A stretch of DNA of 64,000 nt from Hydrurus foetidus. Taxonomy: Eukaryota. Where the stretch lies: assembly GCA_900617105.1 (NCBI GenBank), contig UYFQ01000001.1, forward strand, positions 4,898,001 to 4,962,000, given 5' to 3'. The notes under the pieces were generated by a model. That model saw only the letters and a list, made by a program, of their open reading frames with translations, was not told the origin of the DNA and made no database searches. Both the position numbers and the translations under genes were made by a program. Every line of letters starts with the position of its first letter. Position 1 is the first letter of the stretch. This document shows, piece after piece, positions 47,127-58,707 of the stretch.

Positions 47127-47390
47127 ATGAAGACCCTTGTCACCGTTACCGCCTGCACCCTGCTACTGGCCGCGTGCAACAAGCCGGCACCCACCGAGTC
47201 CGTCGAATCGCTGATGGCCAATCCCGAACGACTGAAGGATGTCCGCGCCCAGTGCAAAGCCGACCACGCCAAGGTCGGCGATGCGCTATGCACGATGGCC
47301 GCCGAGGCCACGCGGCGGCGCTTCATGGGCAGCGGCACGCCGTACACGCCCGCGCCATCGGCTACGCCACCGCCTACACCAAAGGACTGA
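47127..47390 (+). CDS. Entry-exclusion lipoprotein (TrbK/EexN-like)
   Basis: Lipobox LAAC; ESVESL.ANPERLK..R.QC; located between trbJ and trbL. Confidence 0.82.
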   Translation: MKTLVTVTACTLLLAACNKPAPTESVESLMANPERLKDVRAQCKADHAKVGDALCTMAAEATRRRFMGSGTPYTPAPSATPPPTPKD

Positions 47391-47393
47391 GCC

Positions 47394-48755
47394 ATGAACG
47401 ACTTGTCGGTCATCGACCACTTCCTTGATGTTTTCTCGCGCTACATCGACTCGGGTTTCGGGTTGCTGCATGGTGAGGTAGCGTTTCTCACCGCCACGCT
47501 GGTGGTGATCGACATGACGCTGGCCGGACTGTTCTGGGCCATGGGCGGCGAAGAGGTCATCGGCAAGCTGATCAAAAAAACGCTATACGTCGGTGCCTTC
47601 GCTTTCATCATCGGCAACTTCAACAATCTGGCGGGCATACTGTTTCGCTCCTTTGCCGGGCTCGGGCTGGTGGCGTCGGGTTCCACACTGACGCAAGCGC
47701 AGTTTCTACGACCGGGTGTACTAGCCAAGGTCGGCGTCGATGCGGCACGGCCCATCATGGCGCAGATCAGCGACATGACCGGCTTCCCGGAAGTGTTCGC
47801 GCACCTTGATGTCATCGTGGTGTTATTCCTTGCCTGGCTGGTGGTGATCATCAGCTTCTTCGTGTTGGCGGTGCAGCTTTTCGTCACGCTGATCGAATTC
47901 AAACTGACCACACTCGCGGGCTTCGTGCTGGTGCCGTTTGCGCTATGGAACAAGACGGCATTTCTGGCCGAGCGCGTATTGGGCAACGTGGTGTCGTCGG
48001 GAATCAAGGTGCTGGTGCTGGCGGTCATTGTGGGAATCGGCACAGGACTGTTTGCACAGTTTCAGGTGCCGCCCGGCACCGAGCCATCCATTGATTTGGC
48101 GCTGACCATCATGCTGGCCTCGCTGGCGATGCTGGGACTGGGAATCTTCGGGCCGGGGATTGCGACCGGGCTGGTGTCGGGCGCACCACAGCTCGGCGCT
48201 GGCGCTGCGGCCGGAACGGCGCTGGGCGTCGCTGGGTTGGCGGTGGCCGGTGGTGCCGCTATCGCATCAGGTGGCGCAGCGGTTGCGGCGGGAGCGCGCA
48301 TGGCGCCGGGTGCCGCGCGCGCGGCCATCGGCAGCGCCGCTTCGGCCGGACGTGCAACCAGCTCTATGGCAAGCGGTGCGAAGTCCGCTTACCAGGCCGG
48401 TGCAGCGGCATCGGGCGGTAGCGGCGTTCGCGCCGCTGGCGCTGGCCTCGCCAATGTAGCCAAGAGCGGTGCCGGTGCTGTCGGCCAACGCGTCGCAGCC
48501 GGTGCGAAAGCGGTCAAGGACCGCGTAGCGAATTTCGTTGCGGAGGCTGCTGCGCCTGCGGCGGCAGCCGGCACACCCGAATCAGCCGAATCGACTGACG
48601 CCAAGCCCCCTGCGGGCGAGCCCGCTTGGGCCAAACAAATGCGGCGCAAACAGCAGGCAAGCAGTGCGGTCTCGACGGCGGCGCACACGTTGCGCTCGGG
48701 CGACCACGGTGGCAGCGGCGCCAGCCCGAGCCTGCGCGATGAATCCAGCACTTGA
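47394..48755 (+). CDS. trbL: TrbL (VirB6)
   Basis: YIDSGFGLL, LIEFKLTTLAGF, several TM helices, Ala/Gly-rich tail. Confidence 0.93.
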   Translation: MNDLSVIDHFLDVFSRYIDSGFGLLHGEVAFLTATLVVIDMTLAGLFWAMGGEEVIGKLIKKTLYVGAFAFIIGNFNNLAGILFRSFAGLGLVASGSTLTQAQFLRPGVLAKVGVDAARPIMAQISDMTGFPEVFAHLDVIVVLFLAWLVVIISFFVLAVQLFVTLIEFKLTTLAGFVLVPFALWNKTAFLAERVLGNVVSSGIKVLVLAVIVGIGTGLFAQFQVPPGTEPSIDLALTIMLASLAMLGLGIFGPGIATGLVSGAPQLGAGAAAGTALGVAGLAVAGGAAIASGGAAVAAGARMAPGAARAAIGSAASAGRATSSMASGAKSAYQAGAAASGGSGVRAAGAGLANVAKSGAGAVGQRVAAGAKAVKDRVANFVAEAAAPAAAAGTPESAESTDAKPPAGEPAWAKQMRRKQQASSAVSTAAHTLRSGDHGGSGASPSLRDESST

Positions 48756-48780
48756 CGCTAACCCTTGAGGAGAAAAATTC

Positions 48781-49488
48781 ATGCTATTCAAACGACCCCA
48801 GGTGCGCTACTCGGAAACGCCCGAGCCTGTCACCCCTTACCAAGCCGCTGCGCAGGTCTGGGATCAGCGTATCGGCAGCGCCCGCGTGCAGGCGAAGAAC
48901 TGGCGGTTGATGGCCTTCGGCTGTCTGTCGCTGGCATTGCTGATGGCGGGCGGTCTGGTGTGGCGCTCAGCGCAATCCATCGTCACGCCGTATGTGGTGG
49001 AGGTGGCCGCCGGTGGCCAGGTGCGCGCGGTCGGCGAAGCGGCGACGCCGTACAAGCCGAACGACGCGCAGATCGCCTACCACCTGGCGCGCTTCGTCAC
49101 TGACGTGCGTTCGCTGTCGATCGATCCGATCGTCGTGCGCCAAAACTGGCTCGAAGCCTACGACTACACGACGGACAAGGGTGCCGCCACGCTGAACGAC
49201 TACGCACGCACCAACGATCCATTCGCGCGCATCGGCCAGACCTCGACGGCGGTGGAGATCACCAGTGTGGTTCGCGCCAGCGAATCCTCGTTCCAGGTGC
49301 GTTGGATCGAGCGTAACTATGCGAACGGTTCGCCCTCGGGCACCGAGCGCTGGACCGCCATGTTGTCCGTGGTCTTGCAGCCACCGCGCACCGAAGAACG
49401 GCTGCGCAAAAACCCACTGGGAATCTATGTCAACGGCCTGTCCTGGAGCCGTGAACTCGACGCAACTGAAGGAGTGAAGAAACCATGA
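48781..49488 (+). CDS. trbF: TrbF (VirB8)
   Basis: TPYQAAAQVWD.RIG..AKNWR, NPLGIYV. Confidence 0.93.
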   Translation: MLFKRPQVRYSETPEPVTPYQAAAQVWDQRIGSARVQAKNWRLMAFGCLSLALLMAGGLVWRSAQSIVTPYVVEVAAGGQVRAVGEAATPYKPNDAQIAYHLARFVTDVRSLSIDPIVVRQNWLEAYDYTTDKGAATLNDYARTNDPFARIGQTSTAVEITSVVRASESSFQVRWIERNYANGSPSGTERWTAMLSVVLQPPRTEERLRKNPLGIYVNGLSWSRELDATEGVKKP

Positions 49489-50498
49489 AAACACAAATCC
49501 GCATTGTCGCTTTGGCGTTGATCCTGAGTGCCACCGTGGCAACCGTCACCGGTTGCGCCACGCATGGACATTCGCCACCTGACATCACGTTGGATGAATC
49601 TGTCGCCGCGCACGCGTTGCCTGAGCCACCCAAACCCATCGAGGTAGTCGAGGTGCCGAAACCGCTGCCGCTGCCCGAGCAGTTGAAGTCCTTGCGCAAC
49701 GCACCCGAGGACAAACCGGCAACCGAATCGCCCGATGAGAAAACTCGCGTGGCGCGCGCCAATGCCGAAGCGCGCGTCGCCCCCAGCCGCGAGGGTTACA
49801 TCAACGCTATCCAGGTCTGGCCTTATGCAGACGGCGCGCTGTATCAGGTCTACACCAGTCCCGGCCGCGTCACCGTCATCGCCTTGCAGCAGGGCGAAGA
49901 GCTGGTAACGGTCTCGGCCGGCGACACTGTGCGCTGGATCGTCGGTGACACGGCCAGTGGTGCGGGGGCCAGCCTGCGTGTGAACATCCTTGTGAAACCC
50001 ACACGGGTGGGTTTGAAGACGAACCTGGTCATCACTACCAATCGCCGCACGTACTTGCTCGAACTGTCTTCGACGCCGCAGGCGTGGATGGCCTCCGCAT
50101 CGTGGGACTACCCGAAGGACCGCCTGCTGGCCTTGCAAAAGCAAGCGCAACAGGCTCAGACGGCAGCGCCAGTGGACTCGGGCTTATCGCTGGAGCAGAT
50201 CAAGTTCCGCTACGCGATTTCCGGTGACAGCCCATCGTGGAAGCCGCTGCGTGCCTTCGACGACGGCGAACGGGTATACATCCAGTTCCCGGCCGGCATC
50301 GCGCAGGGCGAGTTGCCGCCGCTGTTCGTGATCGGAGCGCAGGGGGATGGCCAGCTCGTGAACTACCGCTTCCGCTCGCCGTACTACGTGGTGGATCGGT
50401 TGTTCGGTGCGGCCGAGTTGCGGCTGGGCGCTGACAAGGCTGCCGTTGTTCGCATCGAGCGCACCGATGGTGTGGGCAGCGCGGCACGGAGGCATTGA
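49485..50498 (+). CDS. trbG: TrbG (VirB9)
   Basis: GDTVRWIVGD, TNLVITTNRRTY, P.RAFDDG, LPPLFV, VNYR. Confidence 0.93.
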   Translation: MKTQIRIVALALILSATVATVTGCATHGHSPPDITLDESVAAHALPEPPKPIEVVEVPKPLPLPEQLKSLRNAPEDKPATESPDEKTRVARANAEARVAPSREGYINAIQVWPYADGALYQVYTSPGRVTVIALQQGEELVTVSAGDTVRWIVGDTASGAGASLRVNILVKPTRVGLKTNLVITTNRRTYLLELSSTPQAWMASASWDYPKDRLLALQKQAQQAQTAAPVDSGLSLEQIKFRYAISGDSPSWKPLRAFDDGERVYIQFPAGIAQGELPPLFVIGAQGDGQLVNYRFRSPYYVVDRLFGAAELRLGADKAAVVRIERTDGVGSAARRH

Positions 50499-50500
50499 GC

Positions 50501-51754
50501 ATGAGCACGCCCGCCACGCCACCACCAACTGGGTCGAATAAGGCCGACCCGGACACCATGGCTCTGCGCGCTTCGCCGCGCCCGGTCACGCGACTGAACC
50601 GGCGCATGCTGGCCGTCCTTGCGGGAACGCTGGGTGCGGTCGTCTTGGGCGGCACACTGTGGTCGCTGCAATCGCACAAGCGCGAGCGCAACACGGCCGC
50701 CGAACTCTACAACGTAGACCGTGTCTCGCATGCCGAGAACCTCGACCAATTGCCCAAGGATTATTCCAAGGTGCCGGTAGCTGCCAAGCCGGTGCCCGTT
50801 TTGGGCGAGCCACTGCCGGGCGACTTGGGTCCGGCCATAGTGGCACAACGTAATGCGGGAGCGCCTGCGCAGACTGGGCGCATTGCGCAGCCGGGCGATG
50901 CCGAAGAGGCCGCACATTCCGGGGTTTTCTTTCGCAGCGGTGCGGTCAAGGCGGCAGCGTCGCCCGCTGCGACTACGGCCATGCCCGAGTCGGTATCTGG
51001 CAACCAGCCATTCAATCCGATGGCTCCTGCGGTCGCTGCGGCGCAGCCGACCGACCCGACAGCGGTGCAAAACCGGCAGGATCAGAAGCAGGCGTTTGTC
51101 GCCAATGGCGGCGACACCGCGACCCGCAATCCGGCCAGCTTGCAACTGCCAGCCTCTCCCTACCAGGTGATGGCGGGCACCATCATTCCGGCAGCGCTGG
51201 TGACGGGCATCAATTCCGATCTGCCGGGGCAGGTCATCGCCAACGTCACCGAGGCGGTCTACGACACGGCGACAGGTCGCTTCCTGCTGATTCCGCAGGG
51301 CTCGCGCCTGATCGGCCGCTACGACAGCCAGGTCTCATTCGGTCAGCGGCGCGTGTTACTTGTATGGACGCGGTTGATCCTGCCCGACACCTCTTCCATT
51401 TCGCTCGACCGCCTGCCCGGTATCGACCCGGCGGGTTATGCCGGACTGGAAGATGGTGTTGATTGGCATTGGGATCGCATTCTTGCTGGTGCAGCGTTGT
51501 CCACGCTGCTCGGAGTCGGTGCCGAACTGGCTGCGCCTGATCGCACCGGCAGCGATAGCAAAATCATCATTGCCACCCGCCAGAGCGGGCAGGACACAGT
51601 GAACCAGGTCGGTCAGGAAATCACCAAACGCAATGTGAGTATTCAGCCGACGCTCACTATCCGGCCCGGCTTTCCGATGCGGGTCATGGTGAACAAGGAT
51701 CTGATCCTGCGGCCATATCAACCGCTGTTCTTTCAGAGGGGATCATCGCAATGA
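50501..51754 (+). CDS. trbI: TrbI (VirB10)
   Basis: AGTIIPAAL.TGINSDLPG, LIPQGSRLIG.Y, PTLTIRPG. Confidence 0.93.
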   Translation: MSTPATPPPTGSNKADPDTMALRASPRPVTRLNRRMLAVLAGTLGAVVLGGTLWSLQSHKRERNTAAELYNVDRVSHAENLDQLPKDYSKVPVAAKPVPVLGEPLPGDLGPAIVAQRNAGAPAQTGRIAQPGDAEEAAHSGVFFRSGAVKAAASPAATTAMPESVSGNQPFNPMAPAVAAAQPTDPTAVQNRQDQKQAFVANGGDTATRNPASLQLPASPYQVMAGTIIPAALVTGINSDLPGQVIANVTEAVYDTATGRFLLIPQGSRLIGRYDSQVSFGQRRVLLVWTRLILPDTSSISLDRLPGIDPAGYAGLEDGVDWHWDRILAGAALSTLLGVGAELAAPDRTGSDSKIIIATRQSGQDTVNQVGQEITKRNVSIQPTLTIRPGFPMRVMVNKDLILRPYQPLFFQRGSSQ

Positions 51755-51978
51755 GTACGACCACCAACAAGCTGCGGCTGGGGCCGCTGCCGACCAAGAC
51801 TGAGACAGTCAAAATCACCATTGCGCTCACCACCGCGTTGAAGACCGACTTGGAACGCTACGCCGCGCAACATGCTCAGACCTACGGCGAGCCGATTGAT
51901 GCCACGACGCTGATCCCGCACATGCTCGAAGCGTTCATGGCGCGGGACCGCGGCTTCAAGAAGATCACGGCGAAGTGA
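51751..51978 (+). CDS. DUF2274 family protein
   Basis: KLRLGPLP..DLERYA..LIPHML..FM..DRGF; typical last gene of the trb operon. Confidence 0.82.
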   Translation: MSTTTNKLRLGPLPTKTETVKITIALTTALKTDLERYAAQHAQTYGEPIDATTLIPHMLEAFMARDRGFKKITAK

Positions 51979-52129
51979 TTCACAACCGCGCCGCGTGAGC
52001 GCAATCGGAATACGCTCATGCACGCCTGAGCGAGTTTTCAATAGATGCCGGAAAGATCACCATCACAGGACCGTATTTATATCGGCGGTTGCAATGCACG
52101 CAGCAACTGCCCTGCTGATGGAGAAGATC

Positions 52130-52501
52130 ATGAACAAAGCAGATCGAAGTTTGCAGGCCGCGAGGTCGAACAACGACTCTGATGCAAACGACCTGCACGG
52201 CATGCCGCTACCACGACTGATCGCGCCGAATATCTTGCCGTTCCGACGCACGATCCGCCGTCCCGAGTTGCGACAAATCGTGCCTCTGGCCGACACCACG
52301 ATCTACGACATGGAACGGCGCGGTGAATTTCCGCGCAGGTTCAATCTAACCGCACGCTGCGTGGTGTGGGATTTGACGGAGGTAGAGGCATGGCTTGATG
52401 CGCGCCGCCAAGCTTCCGACAGCGCGCAGATAAAACGAGCCCCCTCGCCGGACGTGCGTCAGCGCAAGCACCGCCCCGTCAAAGCAACGCCTGTGTCGTG
52501 A
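52130..52501 (+). CDS. alpA: AlpA-family regulator / recombination directionality factor
   Basis: IRRPELRQIVPLADTTIYDMERRGEFPRR..VVW..EVEAWL; convergent with and overlapping the integrase 3' end; start uncertain. Confidence 0.82.
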   Translation: MNKADRSLQAARSNNDSDANDLHGMPLPRLIAPNILPFRRTIRRPELRQIVPLADTTIYDMERRGEFPRRFNLTARCVVWDLTEVEAWLDARRQASDSAQIKRAPSPDVRQRKHRPVKATPVS

Positions 52502-53735
52502 TGATCTTCATCGACGGGGGCAGCAACGTCGGGGTGTGCGATTCGCCGGCCACCCAGGCGTCAACCATGTCGGCCCACTCTTGCAGCATGTGGCGGCGCT
52601 GCTCGGCGTATTCAGCCTTGTTGTAGATGCCGCGTGATGAACGGCCATCTTCGTGGGCAAGACACTTCTCGATCCAGTCACTGTTGAAGCCCAACTCGTT
52701 GAGGATGGTCGAACCGGTGCGGCGCAGGTCATGCACAGTGAAATTTTCGATTGGCAGACCCTTCGCTTTCGACCGCTCCACGACTATCTGCCCGACACGG
52801 TTCAGCGTGGCGTTCGACATACACTTGTCGCCGTCATAGCGCGAAGGCAACAGGTATCTTGAGCCACCGGCGCAGGTGCGCAGCGCGATCATGATGTCGA
52901 GCGCCTGCTGCGACAGGTAGATGTTGTGGACCTTGCCGGCCTTCATGCGGGCTTTTGGGATAGTCCACAGTGCTTTCTCGAAATCGATCTCATCCCATGT
53001 CGCGTGGATCAGTTCGCCTTTGCGCACCAGCGTGAGCAAGATCAGCCGCAGACCCAGTTTGATGGTCGGGTACGAAGCGACGTACTCCAACTGCTTGAGC
53101 ATGATGCGTATCTCGGACGGCGACAGCGCTCGATCCCGTGCCACGAAAGTGGCGATCGACGATGGTCCAACGTCGTCGGCAGGGTTGGCCACCTTCTCGC
53201 CATGCAAGATGGCAAAACCGTAGATTTGCTTGATGATGTCGCGAACATGGATTGCCGTTGCTGGCGCTCCCCTCCCCTTCACCTTGTCGCACAGATCGCG
53301 CAGGTCATCAGGACTTATCTCGCTCAGCAAGCGGCTCTTGAACACAGGCAGGATGTCCCGGTCAAGGATGCTCTTGCGCATCGACCGCGTGCTGTCGGCC
53401 ATCCGCGCACCCTCGTACCACTCGTCGGTAAATTCCTGGAAGGTTTTGGCGTCCGAAAGGCGCCTCTTCTCTCGCTGCTTTTCCTGCGCCGGAGACTGTC
53501 CTTCCGAAACTGCCCGCTTCGCGTCGATGCACTTTTCGCGTGCACGGGCCAGCGACAGACCGCCTGGCCCATAACGGCCAATCGTCAGCGTTTCGCGCCT
53601 GCTATTGATCCGGTAGTCATAACGGAACGTGACGGTACCCGCCGTCGAGACCGTCACATACATGCCATCCCTGTCCGTCACCTTGTAGGGCGCATCCTTG
53701 GGTTTGAGATTCTTCAGTGCGGTATCGGTCAGCAT
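52479..53735 (-). CDS. int: P4-like tyrosine integrase
   Basis: Arm-binding N-terminus MLTDT..K..YKV.D..G.Y, catalytic VRKGE, MK, HDLRRT, LAH, IYN.AEY. Confidence 0.95.
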   Translation of the reverse strand: MLTDTALKNLKPKDAPYKVTDRDGMYVTVSTAGTVTFRYDYRINSRRETLTIGRYGPGGLSLARAREKCIDAKRAVSEGQSPAQEKQREKRRLSDAKTFQEFTDEWYEGARMADSTRSMRKSILDRDILPVFKSRLLSEISPDDLRDLCDKVKGRGAPATAIHVRDIIKQIYGFAILHGEKVANPADDVGPSSIATFVARDRALSPSEIRIMLKQLEYVASYPTIKLGLRLILLTLVRKGELIHATWDEIDFEKALWTIPKARMKAGKVHNIYLSQQALDIMIALRTCAGGSRYLLPSRYDGDKCMSNATLNRVGQIVVERSKAKGLPIENFTVHDLRRTGSTILNELGFNSDWIEKCLAHEDGRSSRGIYNKAEYAEQRRHMLQEWADMVDAWVAGESHTPTLLPPSMKIITTQALL

Positions 53736-53758
53736 GGTGTCCTCCTGAGAACGGCAAT

Positions 53759-53983
53759 TTTACCGTCAACGACTCAAAAGACACAGAATGCTCTGAAACC
53801 CCCATGAATACTAGCTTTTTCTCTTATTTTTTACCGTCAGAGCCGAAAACAGTCAGACGGTAAATATTTTTAGATGACTTGCCTAGCTTTCATTACCGTC
53901 AGGATTACCGACAAAAAGATTCGCTTGCCGTCAATAGATGCCGATAGCTTTCGCGGTATAAACTTATATAAATCAATAAGTTA
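53759..53983. promoter_or_regulatory. Integrase arm-type repeats and IHF site at the guaA-proximal end
   Basis: TTACCG(T/A)CA-like copies at 53759, 53830, 53892, 53904, 53924, inverted copy 53855-53864; AATCAATAAGTTA (53971-53983) matches IHF consensus WATCAAN4TTR. Confidence 0.72.
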
Positions 53984-54028
53984 AGTTACTTTCCCGATAG
54001 TCCACGAAAGCTGCTGAAAGACCTAAAA

Positions 54029-54046
54029 TCATTCCCACTCAATCGT
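54029..54046 (-). repeat. Proximal att site forming the guaA 3' end
   Basis: ACGATTGAGTGGGAATGA; direct repeat of 1235-1252. Confidence 0.9.
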
Positions 54047-55738
54047 CGCGGGCGGCTTGCTGCTGACGTCGTACGTCACCCGGTTGATGCCGCGCACTTC
54101 ATTGATGATGCGACTGGACACTTTTTTGAGCAGCGCGTAAGGCAGCTCGGCCCAGTCGGCTGTCATGAAGTCGCTGGTTTGTACGGCGCGCAGGGCGACC
54201 ACGTAGTCGTAGGTGCGGCCGTCGCCCATGACGCCTACGGATTTGACGGGGAGGAAGACTGTGAAGGCTTGGCTGGTGGCTTCGTACCAGTTTTTTGGGG
54301 TTTTGGGGGAGATGGGAGCGGGTACAGGGATGCCCTCACCCCTGCCCTCTCCCGCTTGCGGGAGAGGGAGTAACGCGGGTGCAACGTATGGAAAGTTGCG
54401 GAGTTCTTCTATGAAGATGGCGTCGGCTTTGCGCAGCAGGTCTGCGTAGTCTTTTTTGACCTCCCCCAAAATACGCACGCCCAGACCAGGGCCTGGGAAG
54501 GGGTGGCGGTAGACCATGTCATGCGGTAGTCCTAGCGCCACACCGAGTTCACGCGCTTCGTCTTTGAACAGTTCGCGCAGCGGCTCAAGCAGTTTTAAGC
54601 CCAGTTGTTCGGGCAAGCCGCCTACGTTGTGGTGGCTTTTGATGACCACTGCTTTTTTGTTTTTACCGCCACCAGACTCGATGACGTCTGGGTAAATGGT
54701 GCCTTGGGCTAGCCATTTGACATTGATATCTGCTCCGTTTTTAGTAGCTGCTTGCGCCCGGATTATCTGGGCTTGAGCCTTAAATACCTCTACAAATTCA
54801 CGCCCAATGATCTTGCGTTTGGCTTCTGGCTCGCTCACGCCTTTAAGGTGGCCGAGAAACTGTGCTTCAGCATCGACCCGAATGACTTTTGCATGCAGCT
54901 TGCCGATAAACATGTCCATCACCATGTCGCCTTCGTTTAACCGCAGCAGGCCGTGGTCCACAAACACGCAGGTCAGTTGGTCGCCAATGGCGCGGTGAAT
55001 CAGCGCCGCAGCGACTGATGAATCCACCCCGCCTGACAGGCCCAAAATGACTTCTTCATCACCGACTTGCTGGCGGATTTTTTCAACCGCTTCTTCGATG
55101 TAGTCGCCCATGATCCAGTCGGGGCGGGTGCCGCAAATGTCTAAAACAAATCGGTTCAAAATCGCCTGGCCCTGGGTGGTGTGCGTGACTTCAGGGTGAA
55201 ACTGCACCGCGTAAATCTTGCGCACTTCATCAGCCATGCCGGCAATGGCGCAGCTGCTGGTTGATGCCATCAATTTAAAGCCGGGCGGCATGGCGGTGAC
55301 GTTGTCGCCGTGGCTCATCCACACGTTCATCATGCCGTGGCCGTCTGCCGTAGTGAAGTCGGCAATGCCATCGAGCAACTTGGTGTGGCCGTGCGCACGC
55401 AGCTCGGCGTGGCCAAATTCCCGCTTATGACCGCCTTCAACCGTGCCGCCCAGCGCTTCAGCAATGGCGTACATGCCAAAGCAAATGCCGAGTACCGGAA
55501 TGCAAAGTTCAAACACGGCTTTGGGCGCGCGCAGGGTGTCGTCTTCCCACAGCGATGCGTGGCTGCCTGACAAAATCACGCCTTTGAGGTTGCCGTCTTT
55601 GGCGTAGTCGCGTACCCAGTCGTCCGTCACATCGCAGGGATGGACTTCACAAAAAACATGGGCTTCGCGTACGCGGCGGGCGATGAGTTGGGTGACTTGG
55701 GAGCCGAAGTCTAGGATTAGGATTTTCTGGTGTTGCAT
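54029..55738 (-). CDS. guaA: GMP synthase (glutamine-hydrolysing)
   Basis: [44 protein letters not shown]. Confidence 0.98.
   Translation of the reverse strand: MQHQKILILDFGSQVTQLIARRVREAHVFCEVHPCDVTDDWVRDYAKDGNLKGVILSGSHASLWEDDTLRAPKAVFELCIPVLGICFGMYAIAEALGGTVEGGHKREFGHAELRAHGHTKLLDGIADFTTADGHGMMNVWMSHGDNVTAMPPGFKLMASTSSCAIAGMADEVRKIYAVQFHPEVTHTTQGQAILNRFVLDICGTRPDWIMGDYIEEAVEKIRQQVGDEEVILGLSGGVDSSVAAALIHRAIGDQLTCVFVDHGLLRLNEGDMVMDMFIGKLHAKVIRVDAEAQFLGHLKGVSEPEAKRKIIGREFVEVFKAQAQIIRAQAATKNGADINVKWLAQGTIYPDVIESGGGKNKKAVVIKSHHNVGGLPEQLGLKLLEPLRELFKDEARELGVALGLPHDMVYRHPFPGPGLGVRILGEVKKDYADLLRKADAIFIEELRNFPYVAPALLPLPQAGEGRGEGIPVPAPISPKTPKNWYEATSQAFTVFLPVKSVGVMGDGRTYDYVVALRAVQTSDFMTADWAELPYALLKKVSSRIINEVRGINRVTYDVSSKPPATIEWE
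54333..54370. repeat. REP-like palindromic element inside guaA
   Basis: CCCTCACCCCTG-CCCTCTCCCGC-TT-GCGGGAGAGGG-AG, perfect 11-bp stem; translated as [13 protein letters not shown]. Confidence 0.8.
54731..54787. repeat. 57-bp dispersed element, copy inside guaA
   Basis: Ungapped alignment to the reverse complement of 60716-60772 and 63157-63213. Confidence 0.78.
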
Positions 55739-55746
55739 GAATGACT

Positions 55747-56169
55747 TTAAAAATCTAAACAGGTAGCTCCGGCTTTTATAGCCGCAACTTTCAATTTTTT
55801 GTCCAGTGTGGCTAAAGTAGCTTTGCGGCGTAGCGCAAGCTCTAGGTAAGTAGCGTCGTAAAAACTAACCTTGTGAATAAAAGCCAACTGCGCGATGGCG
55901 CTTTGCAGCGCGGCTGTGGGTAATGCATCAACAATTGGTTTTGGATAGCGCAGAGCAGCCAGGTGATCATCCATATCGTCCAGACTGAACCAACCCGCCT
56001 TGCAATACTTGAGCAATGCGCTACCGCACTCCCATAGCCACAGCGCAGGAACATGCAGCGTTGATTTGCCTGAGTACCCAGCCAGGAACAGACTGTCGGC
56101 GGCTTGCGGGTGTTCTTGTTTGACTATCCATTGCACAGCTACTGAGGTGTCAACAACGACGTGATTCAT
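55747..56169 (-). CDS. vapC: PIN-domain (VapC-like) toxin
   Basis: [32 protein letters not shown]. Confidence 0.9.
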   Translation of the reverse strand: MNHVVVDTSVAVQWIVKQEHPQAADSLFLAGYSGKSTLHVPALWLWECGSALLKYCKAGWFSLDDMDDHLAALRYPKPIVDALPTAALQSAIAQLAFIHKVSFYDATYLELALRRKATLATLDKKLKVAAIKAGATCLDF

Positions 56170-56183
56170 GTCAGGAATTCATG

Positions 56184-56450
56184 TCAATATCTACGGCCAG
56201 CGTCGCGCGCTGTACGCCAGTCCATTGGCGAACCGGGTTTCACCTTTGACCGAATCCGTGTCAGTAAAGCCGTCGCTTCGGCGTTTTTCAACAATTGAAG
56301 ATCGTCTGCTGACGGGTCATCTTCTTTATCCAGGATGATGCGCGCTACTCGCTTGCCATGCCGCGTTAAGACGACCTCGTCACCCTCTTCAACCGCGTGA
56401 ATCAACGCAGAAAAATTATTCTTGGCTTGGTGGATGGCAATGGTTTGCAT
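56184..56450 (-). CDS. Phd/YefM-family antitoxin
   Basis: AKNNFSALIHAVEEGDEVVLTRHGKRVARI. Confidence 0.9.
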   Translation of the reverse strand: MQTIAIHQAKNNFSALIHAVEEGDEVVLTRHGKRVARIILDKEDDPSADDLQLLKNAEATALLTRIRSKVKPGSPMDWRTARDAGRRY

Positions 56451-56501
56451 AATTCTGGCCCAAATTAAAATATAGCCAGATTATAGCAATCCATACAGAC
56501 C

Positions 56502-58136
<1,635 letters not shown>

Positions 58137-58144
58137 CTAGGTGT

Positions 58145-58690
58145 ATGAAACTTATTCCGCACTTCAAGACTTGGGTTGCTGCCGTTTTCTGCATCACGTT
58201 CGCCGCCGTGGCCAGCGCGCAGTGGCAATGGATTGGCAAGGACGGGCGCAAGGTGTTTAGTGACCAGTCACCACCGCCTGAAATTCAGGAAAAAGACATC
58301 CTTAAACGGCCGGGCGGCGCTCGCCTTCCAGCTGCCAACACACCCGTAGCGGCCGCTGATACCGCAACGCCCGGCAAGCCAGCAGCCGCAGCATCCGCCC
58401 CAGGCGCCAAAGCAAGTGCACCAAAAATATCAGGCAAAGACTCTGAGCTAGAAGCCAGAAAGAAGAAAGCTGACGAGGAAGAAGCTGCCAAGAAAAAGGC
58501 AGAGGCAGACAAAGTGACAGCAGCTAAAGCCGACAACTGCAACCGCGCAAAAAGTGGGCTGACAACGCTGCAGTCAGGCATACGAATGTCTTCTGTTAAT
58601 ACCAAGGGCGAACGCATTGTGATGGACGACTCAGCCAGAGCCCTGGAGACCAAACGTGCGCAAGAAGTTATCGACAGCAGCTGTAACTAG
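58145..58690 (+). CDS. DUF4124-domain exported protein
   Basis: Signal peptide, QWQW..KDGRKVFSDQ.PP, Ala/Pro linker, coiled coil with two Cys. Confidence 0.82.
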   Translation: MKLIPHFKTWVAAVFCITFAAVASAQWQWIGKDGRKVFSDQSPPPEIQEKDILKRPGGARLPAANTPVAAADTATPGKPAAAASAPGAKASAPKISGKDSELEARKKKADEEEAAKKKAEADKVTAAKADNCNRAKSGLTTLQSGIRMSSVNTKGERIVMDDSARALETKRAQEVIDSSCN

Positions 58691-58707
58691 GGCGCACGCC
58701 GCCTTTA

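Larger units (their letters stand above)
1239..54043. mobile_element. Complete Tn4371-like integrative conjugative element integrated at the guaA 3' end
   Basis: Flanking direct repeat, tyrosine integrase next to guaA, relaxase, coupling protein, Trb T4SS, RepA/ParA and the conserved radC-DUF932-parB-DUF736-DUF2958-DUF2285 order. Confidence 0.92.

Noticed and set aside
48180..48755. Ala/Gly-rich low-complexity stretch
   Set aside because: Normal C-terminal tail of TrbL proteins
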